Source: Trichomonas gallinae
Lineage: Eukaryota
Assembly (NCBI GenBank): GCA_008369845.1
Contig: MRSU01007902.1
Span: forward strand, 1 to 49,111
Direction of reading: 5' to 3'
Length of the DNA: 49,111 bases
This document shows positions 33,901-43,499 of the stretch, one piece after another; positions within the stretch are counted from its first letter, which is position 1, and each line of letters opens with the position of its first letter. Position numbers and translations under genes: made by a program. The notes under the pieces were generated by a model. That model ran no database searches. It saw nothing but the letters and a program-made list of their open reading frames with translations, and was not told where the DNA came from.

Positions 33901-34079
33901 AGTTCGACGTCTTCATGGACGCAATCAACAGACAAGCAGCTACATCTCTTCTTGTCCAAGGCGCGCAAGCAATGAGCACTCGACAGTTCATATTCATCAC
34001 TCCTCTTTCTCTCGACCACCTCAAGAATGCAGGTGCAGATGTTTCTATCTTCGAAGTTGCCTCAACAAACAACACATAA
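30990..34079 (+). CDS. SMC6: Structural maintenance of chromosomes protein 6
   Basis: INFMKH, Walker A GRNGSGKS, QIDNPCSIMHQD, coiled coils around a hinge (PFGPL), signature LSGGEKTF, and Walker B DEFDVFMD typical of Smc6. Confidence 0.93.
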   Translation: MTDKYEAGSLRSVRMINFMKHSNLLIELKPHVNFITGRNGSGKSSILVAISVGLGCNSRLSGRGSNLADLIKDGQNKAIITITIQNGPDGYNYDTYGNEIVIKRSITKSTSSFEIEGFKKTQNVNIRDELERIRSFFNIQIDNPCSIMHQDTAREFISSSSPTRKYELFMKGTLLSHLVEEIKIIKQNIDRVDSQKAQRLEEKIELDREFEKQERKYQIVKEADGIHQRIHDLEDELVWSHYREANQKVQDVVNKMSDTHARIDEKNIVIEEKRRKKEEAQRLYDDNKKEYENHMAKVTEIRNQIQNLSGKLLPIKSELHTAKSNLNHRTNSVQAYEKEIQNKTNKLATMEAQREREQQDAENRRRKFIEERQTELANIEPKVPSFDNQIDQLAREISHLGTEESQASSRYREDDSKLQSIKSKLDTLKKASGDKHDSDVGSSNNYDFKPFGPLLNYIHMKDNMSKWGLAAQHIIGKALDTYIVHSKNDEQQFRKINPTATIVQTSFTNGRYNIGNHGPPCEGAQRIIDVLSFRDEQITGFDQRQKKTVHTEDIIYNVLIDIYNADRTWCVEDERLAKEVAYSGKVPGTITTSGVQYKIQSGYEVMLGAKNMSVRIGEDTSSRIKQLESEYNYISQRRQESNRVMTQLRKDISDLKNQRNDKERQKTQLIHRINRIKAELQNPPSDGSDIEDRISSLKDQIVDLKKKIEEEKESIPQLQTRIQTLNGEKAQLQAQIEEINDQLKSQSNDKSNSDNLYRMIKTAEREYDTEMREKDVLVQKLNNQEAEMRRLDNEAKTIYEKAMKHSPERENEFKNNTRPPTVLSQLLKQEREKYEEAQKTNGLDFNQVRHQYEKMKKEVQHAETYLNDLAEFIDHSQEALKMREKKLEEMRHSITRRTKVSFMQYQSKRKYTGKIKFDHDSHVINIAVKQKADSEFTDVSNLSGGEKTFCLVSLLLSLWDVMECPFYCVDEFDVFMDAINRQAATSLLVQGAQAMSTRQFIFITPLSLDHLKNAGADVSIFEVASTNNT

Positions 34080-34257
34080 AGCAATAAAACATAGAATTAT
34101 TTTTTGATAAACTATTTATGATATTTTTATAGTAAAATTACAGACAAAATACACAAATTTGATGTGATGCAACATTGAAACGAAAAGTGACTTGATGGAA
34201 TGAAAACGAGCCTCTTCCGCGGCGAAAATGATGAAATCTTATTAATGATGAAACTCA

Positions 34258-36015
34258 ATGAATGAAACATTCGTTTACACTGGCAGTGTTAAGAAACACA
34301 CATTATCAGCAGGAACATACAACTTTTATCTGTGGGGGGCCTCCGGTGGAAGTGGAGGATCTTGTTACGTATATACAGCAGGAACAGGAGGCAAAGGTGG
34401 ATTTGTCAAAGGAAAAATCACTGTTGATAAAACAACAAACATTTTCATTTACGTTGGCGGGCAAGGTGTGAGTGCAGATGGTTGTGGTTATAAAAATTAT
34501 TCAGGTGGATTCAATGGTGGAGGATATTTATATACAGAAGGAGCAGGAACAACAGGAGGAGGTGCAAGTGATATCCGATTTGACACCGACAATTTAACAT
34601 CACGTGTCATTGTTGCCGGTGCAGGAGGCGGTGCTGGAATAGCTTATAAAAATGACAATAATGGTGGATTAGTTGGTGGTGATGGAGGCGGTGATGTTGG
34701 AAGCTGTGGAACATGTTACCTAAGCTATACTGAGGTTTCAAGATCAGGAGGAAATCAGCAAATTGGGGGAAATGGATATGATTCTAACACGAATGACAAG
34801 CAATACAATGGTGGACTAGGAAAAGGAGGAAATGGACGAGGAACTAGCCATGGAGGTGGAAGTGGGGGAGGTGGATATTATGGGGGAGGTGGTGTGTACA
34901 ATGCATGGTGTCCAGGCTGTGGTGGATCAAGTTACATTTCATCTATGTTTACAGAAACTGTCAATCAACAAGGAGTCCACACAGGAAACGGCAAAGTGAT
35001 CATTGAAAAACTTGGATACAACTTAATATTACTTTCAACTCTTGAGAAAAGATATGATCCAGGGACAATGATTGCATTAGATTTCAATCTAAACTCGTTT
35101 AGAGTTGGAGATAAAGCAAGAATATTTCTCAATATAAATGATTCGGCTGAAAGTGATGAAGAAGTCGTGCTTGTTCGCCCTGATGATGGAAAATCATACA
35201 ACTTCACAAGTAGACTCAATCTTCCATCAAAAAGTGGTAAACTCAAGCTCACATACAAATGTTACAACGATGCAAACTCAAAATTTGAAATATCTTTCGA
35301 AATCATGGTAAACAAACTTCCTCAAATCACCGTTTTCACAGAACTAAAGTCGAAATATGTTGCAAATGATAATGCATATGTGATAGTTGAAACACTAGAT
35401 GATACAAAAGTAACTCTATTTATTGCCGATGAGTTGCGCAAATATGCAGAATATCCAATTAACAGTTACAACGATCCAAACAAGACAACATTTCATTTCA
35501 GCATTCCAGACTATAGTACTGGGACAAGGCACACTATATTAATTTTTGCGATTGATGAATTTGGATTCAATTCAACTATTTTCAAGTCAGAATATACAAT
35601 ATCTGAGAGTCAAACGCCAGAAGTTTTCATTCGAGAAAATATTTCATATTATTATTTTGCAGAAGAAATTATTATTGCTAAAATTGCTGTCCGTGACTTG
35701 GATACTGATCCTGAGACACTTTTATATACATCATTAGACAATACATATATTACTACAGAAGCTTCACTTAATTTGGCTGATGAAGACTGGAGAAACATTT
35801 CAATTTCTAGATCCTTAAAGCAAATAGATACAGGACCCCACAAACTTCGAATATTTGCAGTTGATTCACGGCAAGGAGAATCAAATAAGATAGTGCACGA
35901 GTTTCATGTTCTTCCTAATAAAATGAAAATCACTTGTGTAAATAATGAAGTATACACGAGCGTATTGATGAGATCTCTTTTGTTTTTAGATCCTATTATG
36001 AATATATCAGAGTAG
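34258..36015 (+). CDS. Glycine-rich (ALK/LTK-type) domain protein with C-terminal Ig-like beta repeats
   Basis: WGASGG, GGKGG, GGFNGGG, GGGASDIR, SRVIVAGAGGG and GGGGYYGGG motifs, then ~100-aa beta-rich units ending FAIDEFGFNS and FAVDSRQGES. Confidence 0.85.
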   Translation: MNETFVYTGSVKKHTLSAGTYNFYLWGASGGSGGSCYVYTAGTGGKGGFVKGKITVDKTTNIFIYVGGQGVSADGCGYKNYSGGFNGGGYLYTEGAGTTGGGASDIRFDTDNLTSRVIVAGAGGGAGIAYKNDNNGGLVGGDGGGDVGSCGTCYLSYTEVSRSGGNQQIGGNGYDSNTNDKQYNGGLGKGGNGRGTSHGGGSGGGGYYGGGGVYNAWCPGCGGSSYISSMFTETVNQQGVHTGNGKVIIEKLGYNLILLSTLEKRYDPGTMIALDFNLNSFRVGDKARIFLNINDSAESDEEVVLVRPDDGKSYNFTSRLNLPSKSGKLKLTYKCYNDANSKFEISFEIMVNKLPQITVFTELKSKYVANDNAYVIVETLDDTKVTLFIADELRKYAEYPINSYNDPNKTTFHFSIPDYSTGTRHTILIFAIDEFGFNSTIFKSEYTISESQTPEVFIRENISYYYFAEEIIIAKIAVRDLDTDPETLLYTSLDNTYITTEASLNLADEDWRNISISRSLKQIDTGPHKLRIFAVDSRQGESNKIVHEFHVLPNKMKITCVNNEVYTSVLMRSLLFLDPIMNISE

Positions 36016-37056
36016 AACATTCTATTTTTGTATTATTAATAATAAAAACATGTTTGAGACAGATTTTGTATCTAAAAAATTTTTGGAAAATTGTGAAACG
36101 ATTAAAAAATACTGAATAAAAGAACATGAATGACATAAATAAGCAGCTGATGTTCATGTAAAAGCAATGCAATATAAAAAGAATGCATATAAACTAAAGA
36201 AAAAAATTCAAGATAATTTCCCTATGAAAAGATTTGATTGAGTCAAAATCTATGGAACAAAAATGACCTACTATTAAAGTGCTGGTATGTTTTGTGATTA
36301 AAACATAAAATAAAGATCAAAGTAAATTCTGACATTTATTTATATACGATAAAAAATAATAAAATGTAAAATATTGTAGCTTTAATATTTTGTTAATCTT
36401 ATATAAATTTAATTCAAAATTAATTGTGAGTTGTAAATATTTGAAAGTTCTCAATTTAATCGGATTATTTCAAAAAGAATGAGCAACATGAGTTTTATCA
36501 TTAAGCTTTCTTTGCCAAATATTATAAAATTTTTCTCAAAATTATATAAATTTTTAAAATGTATTATATACCATATGTAGTCTATTATTTTCGAATTGAA
36601 TTGAAATGTAAATGAATTGAATTACTCAACGACGAAGCGGATATTATTCGAGATTTATATTGTTTACTGATAGATGAATATGAATTTGTTATTTGTTGTA
36701 AAATTTAAATTTTATGTGAATAGCATTAGATTGATATGAAAATCATATTTCAAACAATAAAAATTAAAGAAAAATATTATCAGAATAAAACACGTTAATC
36801 TCAAAAGTCAAAAATTAATAGCGAATTGCAATCACAAATAAAATATCTATATAATTCTTCAATCCGTTTTAATATCTTTATGAAAAAAATTGTTCTGTCA
36901 TTTAAATTTTTCTCTGCTCCTCTCAATTATCGAACATATTTATTATCTGCAAATAATGTTTTTTGCAACAAAAAATATAAAAAGCACGTTCTGATTCTTC
37001 TCACAAAATTAAGAGAGACGATTATTTGATTATAAAAAAAAAACTAAATTTAAAAA

Positions 37057-38187
37057 ATGTTCTTCGTTCTTTGTTTTTGTTCAATTAGCCAAATTCCTGA
37101 CTCGTATGCGGGTGTCCCTGATGAATGTTCGATGGTTGGAATCACGAAAGACGAAACATTCGAAATTTACAAAAACGAGAAAAAATGTTTATTCACGAAA
37201 CCAGGATTTTTCTTTGGTCAAGGTCTGATTTTGGAGATTTACTGGCAGGATGTCGCAAATGCAAGAGGATTCAAACATCTCGGACCTACAAAATATGGAA
37301 CAGTTGTCAACGTGGAAGCTGAAGCTGTCTACGTTGTAATAACTTCCCCAATAAATCAAACAGTGAAATACTTCCCTTCTTCCGCCTTATCAAAGACAAC
37401 AATCACTAACGGCGGAATGAAGTCCCAATATAACACTTATTTCTCAACGAAAAACGTATCGAATTATAATATAACCATGAAATATCAAACAAATGAGACC
37501 GCTACGTCGTATGAATACAACTATTTACTCGTTCTTGGTGAAAATGTCGTAATTTCAGATATCATGACAAAAGACATAAATGATTTCAATCCGAACGAAG
37601 ATCCAGGAGGATCCCAAAAAGCAACCACAAAAATATCAAGCGAAAGCTCTTTAAGCTATATTTCCTTCGGAACAATTCCAATAATCAGCTCAAATCGACG
37701 ACAATACACGATAGAGAACAAAGTCAGTGCTACATTCAACCCAATACCAGGAGTCCCTGGGTTTGCTGGTTATATACGTCAGTCTCCTTCTCTATTGTCA
37801 ATCAGTGATGTTGATTCTTCGTATTCAGATTCTGGCGAAAACACATCTTCACGCTCTCCAACACTCACTGACCCAAACCAGAAGAAAAATGATCTCAGAG
37901 AGCCATTATTATATCTAATTGGTGGCGTGATTGCATTACTCGCTATTGTCGCTATTATTTCGATTGTCATTATCATCAAGAAGAAATCGAGACAAAAGGT
38001 TAGCGCCGCCGAACAAGAATATTCTGCTGCAGAATATTCATCTTCTTATAGTTACAGTCTCTCATACAGCAAAGGAGAGCCAGTAAACCCCGGAGAAAAG
38101 GGAATTCCATATGAAATATACTCTTCAAGCATTGATGATGACAACGAAATGTCTCAATCTAATGTTCCGCCGCCTAAGACCCCTTAA
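37057..38187 (+). CDS. Type I single-pass membrane protein with Tyr/Ser-rich cytoplasmic tail
   Basis: Short hydrophobic N-terminus MFFVLCFCSIS, TM LLYLIGGVIALLAIVAIISIVIII followed by KKKSR, and tail EYSAAEYSSSYSYSLSYS...PPPKTP. Confidence 0.85.
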   Translation: MFFVLCFCSISQIPDSYAGVPDECSMVGITKDETFEIYKNEKKCLFTKPGFFFGQGLILEIYWQDVANARGFKHLGPTKYGTVVNVEAEAVYVVITSPINQTVKYFPSSALSKTTITNGGMKSQYNTYFSTKNVSNYNITMKYQTNETATSYEYNYLLVLGENVVISDIMTKDINDFNPNEDPGGSQKATTKISSESSLSYISFGTIPIISSNRRQYTIENKVSATFNPIPGVPGFAGYIRQSPSLLSISDVDSSYSDSGENTSSRSPTLTDPNQKKNDLREPLLYLIGGVIALLAIVAIISIVIIIKKKSRQKVSAAEQEYSAAEYSSSYSYSLSYSKGEPVNPGEKGIPYEIYSSSIDDDNEMSQSNVPPPKTP

Positions 38188-38813
38188 TCTTATCATTTGT
38201 TTGTATATTAAATTATCCATGTATGTTATGTTTTATTAAATCAAATTTATTTTTTCATATAAAATCCTGACACTCGTTGTTGTGTCTTAAAAATCATTGA
38301 TTTATATTGTATTCAATGATTGTATTAAAAATATTAATACGAAAATGTTCTAAAATGTAAAAAAAAATTATTTCCATAAAACAATATGATTTTGTTAACT
38401 TTTTAATATGATAAAATGGATCTAAAGCATGTGATTATGTGAATTATATCGATTATGTGTCTCAAACAAATGATTATATCAAAAATCGATCAATATTTTG
38501 TCATTTACTGAGTTTTCCAAGGTTTTTCGGTATAAATCAAGCTTCTGAATGCTGTTTAGTTGTTGAAATGGTCAGATTTCTCAGTCGATTATTCAAAAAA
38601 CCCGTAATATCTACAAGTCGAATCAATGCTTTCGTGTTCTATTAGGAAAGAGTATTAAAAGTAATATATTTCGTTGTTTTCTCCGTTTGCCATGTTTTTA
38701 CCTGAAAATAATTTTTGTGTCAAAATTTGCTATGGAAAAAAAAAGAGGAAAACGACTGGGCAGTTTCTAGAAAGCGTTATAAGCGAAAAGTTTTTAAAAC
38801 AATAACAAAATTT

Positions 38814-41800
38814 TTATTTCTGATTCTCCGCATCGAGCTTTGCAAACCTCTCCTTCATTCTCTTCACTTCTCTTGTTCTTCCTTGCTCTCTCAAGAACTC
38901 CTTGACGAGCTTGAGGCTGGCCTTGTCGCCCTTCCTGTGGAGCCAGTTTGTGAACTGAACGAAGCTGTTGTCGACCATTGTCTCTGTCGCCGCCTTGAGG
39001 TCAGTCTCGAGGATGATGGAGAAGATCTGCTCGTCTGGGAATCCGTACTCAAGTGCGAGATCGTAGCATCCATCTCTAACCAATGTGTAGACGCCCTTGT
39101 GCCTGATTTGCAGGTCGGTGAGATGTGCTGCGATGTCAGCTGCGAAAGCAGACAAACCACATTGGATGAGGCTCTTCATGCAATCTTCTATCGGGACGTT
39201 CTCGCCGTTGATGATGAGGTGTGGGATCGGCGGAAGTGTTGACATTGCCCTGAAAACAAGTCTGAGGATTTTGAGCTGACGAGATTTTTGGGCTTTGTTA
39301 GTATCGTCCTTCTTGAGGAGCCACTCGAATGCCTCTGATATGGCTACAATCAAAGCATCTTTGATTTCTGGGTGCTGGACGCAGCTCATGTCTTTGACGC
39401 GTGTGAATAACTGCAAGAGCTGGAGTTTTCTCGTTTCTGCCATCTTAGGGAATAAATCTGCCAATCTGTCAGAGTTGTCAATAAAAACTGCCGCCATGAC
39501 AGAATACTTCCATGGCTCGTTAATACCCTTCAGTGTCGCGTCGATGTTTTCTTGGCGGAACTGCTCTGGTGTGAAGTTGTGGCCGTATGCCATTGCGTGG
39601 GCTGCGAGAATTGAATACGTGTAATCCATGTTGAGTTTGTCAGTGTCGCTGAATGTTCTCTGAATTGTTACTAAGTCACCGATGCAGAATAAGCAGCAGA
39701 TACCACGGGCGCGTGCCCTCAATGGAATATCTTCTTCAATAAATTTCTTGAGCCATGAGACTGAATCCAAGATTGTCCATGTTCTGAGAACGAAAAGAGC
39801 CTGCTGAACAGCGCTCTTATCTGCAGTGTAAAGTTGTTCTGTTGGATTTGGCTCGAAAATGTTTCTTGAGTCGGTGAAGGCTGGATATTCGGCGCTGAGC
39901 CAGTTCTTGATGAGCTCTGGCTTGAATGTCTTTGGATTGATAGAATATCTTGAAGCGATTCTGTCGACAATCTTGTGAAGTCTCTTTCCGAGTGAATCCT
40001 GAAGTGTTGTCTTGTTGTAGAGCTCTGTGATGAGTTTTCTTGGATTGTTGAGTAATTCTGTTGTTGAGAATTCTGATAATCCGTTATTTGATAAATCTGA
40101 GATTGTCTGGATCTTTCTCTGCTGCTCGACCATACCAAGTGACTGGAAGAACTGTGGCTGCTCTTCTGGTTTAAGTCTTGGGACGACTACTTTGATGAGT
40201 TCTTCCTGTGACTTCTGTCTGAGGAGTTTGACGTACTGCTTGTAGTCGTCGAAGTACTGTGAGTTCATCTTGTTCGTCATGACGTGAACAACTAATGAAT
40301 CTTCGTTGATGTTCATCGCCTTAGCGATTGGAAGGATTCCTTGGATTGTGTCTGTGTTTGTCGCAGCCTGGAGTGTTTCAAGAGGACTTTTGACTAACTC
40401 GTGGAAGTTTACGAAGACTTTTTGGCCTGAATGCAACTTAGATAAGATGTCTAGCTGATGCTGGCAGCTGAATCCGCATGAAGAAAGCAACGAGTAAACG
40501 TAGCTGATCAATGTATACTCTTGACCGTCGATGCTTGGGATCATCTTATGCAAGATTTTCATTGCTGTTGTCTTATTCTCCATCTGGCGGATCTGGAGGA
40601 CTGCTGTAGAAACAAGATGGATATCCTTGCTGTTGAAATCGTCGTAGAAGTCTTTTTCGGAATATTCTGGAATCTTCTTCATCAAATACTTGCCTGCTGC
40701 CTCGTTGCCGTTGTCGATGAGTCTGTCAGCGAGAATTTCTAAAGCGAAGCCCTTCTGATAGTCCAAAATAAGCTTTTTCTGTTCTACCGGATCTTGAAGG
40801 AATTTTGCAGAGTTGATAACGCGAGCGAGGAAGACGATGTAGTCGATAGCGTCTGGGCTGACCTTTGTGAAGATGTTTTGGAGAGCTGAGAGCCACAATT
40901 CAGCGAATTCTGCGAATGGCATCTTATCCCATAAGTTGTTGACAGCTCTGTCAAGGTACTTTATGAAGTGGTTGGAATTCCAGCGGTCTGTGATAGTAAA
41001 TAGCTTAGGAAGAATAACCTTTCCTTGTGTATCGTATTTCTGTGTGGAATTCAAGTGATCGAAGACATCCTGTGGCTGTAAAGTGAGAACCTGGCAGATA
41101 GTTGTGAAGTTATCCCATCCATCCTGCGCGATAAGCTTATCAAAAATCTTCTGGCGGTTCTGGATTTCCCTGAAATCGTCGTAAGAGATGATAATGGCGT
41201 ATGTCTCAGCGAGATCGAAGATTGGGCGGATTTCCTTAAGATTTCTGAACTTGTGTAATCTCTCTGCATAAGCTTCTGGTGTGTCAGCCTTTCCGTCAGC
41301 GATGAGCGAGTAGTTGTTGTTGCCACCGCTCTTGTTCTTGTCAAGTTCGATGGACGGAGAACGCTTCCAGCCGTCGGATCTTGTTGGTGGCTTCAATGGG
41401 CCGATGTTTGAAGCGTTTCCTTCGAGTCTGGCAGCAGCTACGCATGATGTCTGTGCGCGAGCGTTAGTCAGCATTAAGCCAATTGAGCCGGATCTTGCTC
41501 TGAATGCAGTTCTCGGCTTATTCTCGAAATGCTCGACAACCTGAGGTGAAGGCTCATAGTTGAGGTTATTCTGCTTCGCGTAGTCCTTGATTTGCTGCAG
41601 CTCTTCGTCGGAAGTATAAGTCATATCAGATAAGAACTGTGATCTAAGCTTGGTCGTGCTAACGTAGTCGGAAAGGATCTTGAGCTTCGATGGAACGTCG
41701 TATGTTCTCTTTGGAATTCCCTTAACTATGAGTGACTCGAGGTCAATTTGATTTGCTTGGCAGTAAGGAATGATTTGTGCCTTTAGCGCTTTTAAGAATT

Positions 41801-42476
41801 TAACTGGGGAGTCGGATTGTTTGATCATTTTGAGCATAAACTCTTCTTTATCGCATTTAAGATAATCCGCCAGTTTATATTCAATTTTATAATCAATCAG
41901 TTCCTTGGAGGCTGTTCTATATTCAATGAGGTGCTGCCAGATTGTGACGTAGTGCTCAGATCCTTCGACTTTGTACCTTTTGACATATTTATCCCATGTG
42001 TCTTGATTCCTCTGCAACAACTGAAGAATACCCGGCTTTACATTGACGCAGCTGTTGAATGCCGCTGAAAGGAATAAATATGTGTAGCGGACATCGTCGA
42101 TATGAAGAGCAAATTTAGAAATCCACTTAATGGGGAGAAGAGGAACGATGCTGATTAAAAATGGCAGAAAATGTTTAGGCGGGTATTGCTTTTGATTTAT
42201 GTTTGCGAAGAAATTTAGGAAAATATGTAAATAATCTGTGTGTCTTTCGCATAAAACTAAAACTTTTTGCATTGATATTTTCGGAATGACTTCCTCCAGC
42301 TTCTCTTCGAAGTTGCAGATCCTGAAGTCCTCCCACTCGCTCTGAACAAAATGTTCATATATCAATATATAGGAGCCAAAACGCTGCCTCGTCTGATAGT
42401 CGGACTCTTCGATTTCAGTCTCGATGTCAGTAGGAAGGATAAAATCTTTTGAAGCTGAACTATAAAGTTTCGTCAT
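38814..42476 (-). CDS. KNTC1: Rough deal (Rod)/KNTC1-like alpha-solenoid protein, no N-terminal beta-propeller
   Basis: Colinear segments resembling animal KNTC1 (recalled from memory): YKLADYLKCDKEEFMLKM...IIPYCQANQIDLESL, GQEYTLI, NFHEL...ILPIAKAMNINEDSL, PRKLITELY...LHKIVDRIASRYSIN...LIKNWL, RARGICCLFCIGDLVTIQRTF, LIQCGLSAFA. Inr TCACT at 42495-42491. Confidence 0.75.
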   Translation of the reverse strand: MTKLYSSASKDFILPTDIETEIEESDYQTRQRFGSYILIYEHFVQSEWEDFRICNFEEKLEEVIPKISMQKVLVLCERHTDYLHIFLNFFANINQKQYPPKHFLPFLISIVPLLPIKWISKFALHIDDVRYTYLFLSAAFNSCVNVKPGILQLLQRNQDTWDKYVKRYKVEGSEHYVTIWQHLIEYRTASKELIDYKIEYKLADYLKCDKEEFMLKMIKQSDSPVKFLKALKAQIIPYCQANQIDLESLIVKGIPKRTYDVPSKLKILSDYVSTTKLRSQFLSDMTYTSDEELQQIKDYAKQNNLNYEPSPQVVEHFENKPRTAFRARSGSIGLMLTNARAQTSCVAAARLEGNASNIGPLKPPTRSDGWKRSPSIELDKNKSGGNNNYSLIADGKADTPEAYAERLHKFRNLKEIRPIFDLAETYAIIISYDDFREIQNRQKIFDKLIAQDGWDNFTTICQVLTLQPQDVFDHLNSTQKYDTQGKVILPKLFTITDRWNSNHFIKYLDRAVNNLWDKMPFAEFAELWLSALQNIFTKVSPDAIDYIVFLARVINSAKFLQDPVEQKKLILDYQKGFALEILADRLIDNGNEAAGKYLMKKIPEYSEKDFYDDFNSKDIHLVSTAVLQIRQMENKTTAMKILHKMIPSIDGQEYTLISYVYSLLSSCGFSCQHQLDILSKLHSGQKVFVNFHELVKSPLETLQAATNTDTIQGILPIAKAMNINEDSLVVHVMTNKMNSQYFDDYKQYVKLLRQKSQEELIKVVVPRLKPEEQPQFFQSLGMVEQQRKIQTISDLSNNGLSEFSTTELLNNPRKLITELYNKTTLQDSLGKRLHKIVDRIASRYSINPKTFKPELIKNWLSAEYPAFTDSRNIFEPNPTEQLYTADKSAVQQALFVLRTWTILDSVSWLKKFIEEDIPLRARARGICCLFCIGDLVTIQRTFSDTDKLNMDYTYSILAAHAMAYGHNFTPEQFRQENIDATLKGINEPWKYSVMAAVFIDNSDRLADLFPKMAETRKLQLLQLFTRVKDMSCVQHPEIKDALIVAISEAFEWLLKKDDTNKAQKSRQLKILRLVFRAMSTLPPIPHLIINGENVPIEDCMKSLIQCGLSAFAADIAAHLTDLQIRHKGVYTLVRDGCYDLALEYGFPDEQIFSIILETDLKAATETMVDNSFVQFTNWLHRKGDKASLKLVKEFLREQGRTREVKRMKERFAKLDAENQK

Positions 42477-43499
42477 TTTTTATTATAATAAGTGAAAGAT
42501 AAAAATGTGACAAAATTGATGTAAAATTTTATATGAATAAATTTTAAAACTCGATTTTATTGTGGAAATAGGCTATTTAATTGTTCTTCTATTTATTTGC
42601 CATTAAAGAATCCAGAAATCCCAAATCTAGACAAATAAACGGACAAGTTCATTTTTAAAAAAATAACGAATATATAAAATTTATTATTTCCTCTTTGATT
42701 TTTCATTTCTTAAACAAACAAATTAATAAATTATGTGTATAAATATATTCTCATCCAAATTATATCATCTAAGTATAAATTTATCGTGTAAAAAATTGAC
42801 ATTTTAATCCATATTTTAAATATAAGATGTATGTTTAATAATTTAAAGATTCATCAAGAAATAAAGCGAAAATTCATGAAAAATTTAATTGGCCAGAAAA
42901 AATTTCAGACAATGATCCCGATATCGTATTAAAAACCAGTTAATATCCCGTACGAATATGAATGACACGTTTTTCACTATTAAAATGTTCTACACACTTG
43001 GGAAGATTTGATCTTTGTTGTTCACAAGTACATTAAACATATATTGCACTGGAATCATTCACAATATCCTTACTGTTCCAATAACATATACGTTCTGTCC
43101 TTCTAAACTCAAGAAAATTTTGCATTCATTCTGTATAATTTTGATTTATTCAAAATTTCATTCACCAACGATTATTTCTACAACTGAAATATCTAATTTT
43201 ATAATACACAGGTCATAATTTCTGCTTTTTGAGAAAGTTGAATTTATATATTTGTTTCCAGCAAATAATTTTAGTTTATTATAGTATTTCTATCTCTATA
43301 TATGCCTATTTTTTGTTCCATTTTAGTTGTTTTCGTTTATTTTTTTCATGATAATAAAAATTATGGATTTAATTGAAATTGATCTAATATTGAGTAAAAA
43401 CATGTTGTATTAAAATGTATTAGAATAATTTTATTATAAAAAAACAAAAATAATTTTGCTGATTATTATATATTATTGATAAATTTTGTGTATTATTGA

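Noticed and set aside
34200..34265. Two ATGATGA words (box C-like) and a 21-codon upstream ORF before the Gly-rich gene
   Set aside because: No matching CTGA box D or terminal stem, and short upstream ORFs are expected by chance and probably lie upstream of the TSS.
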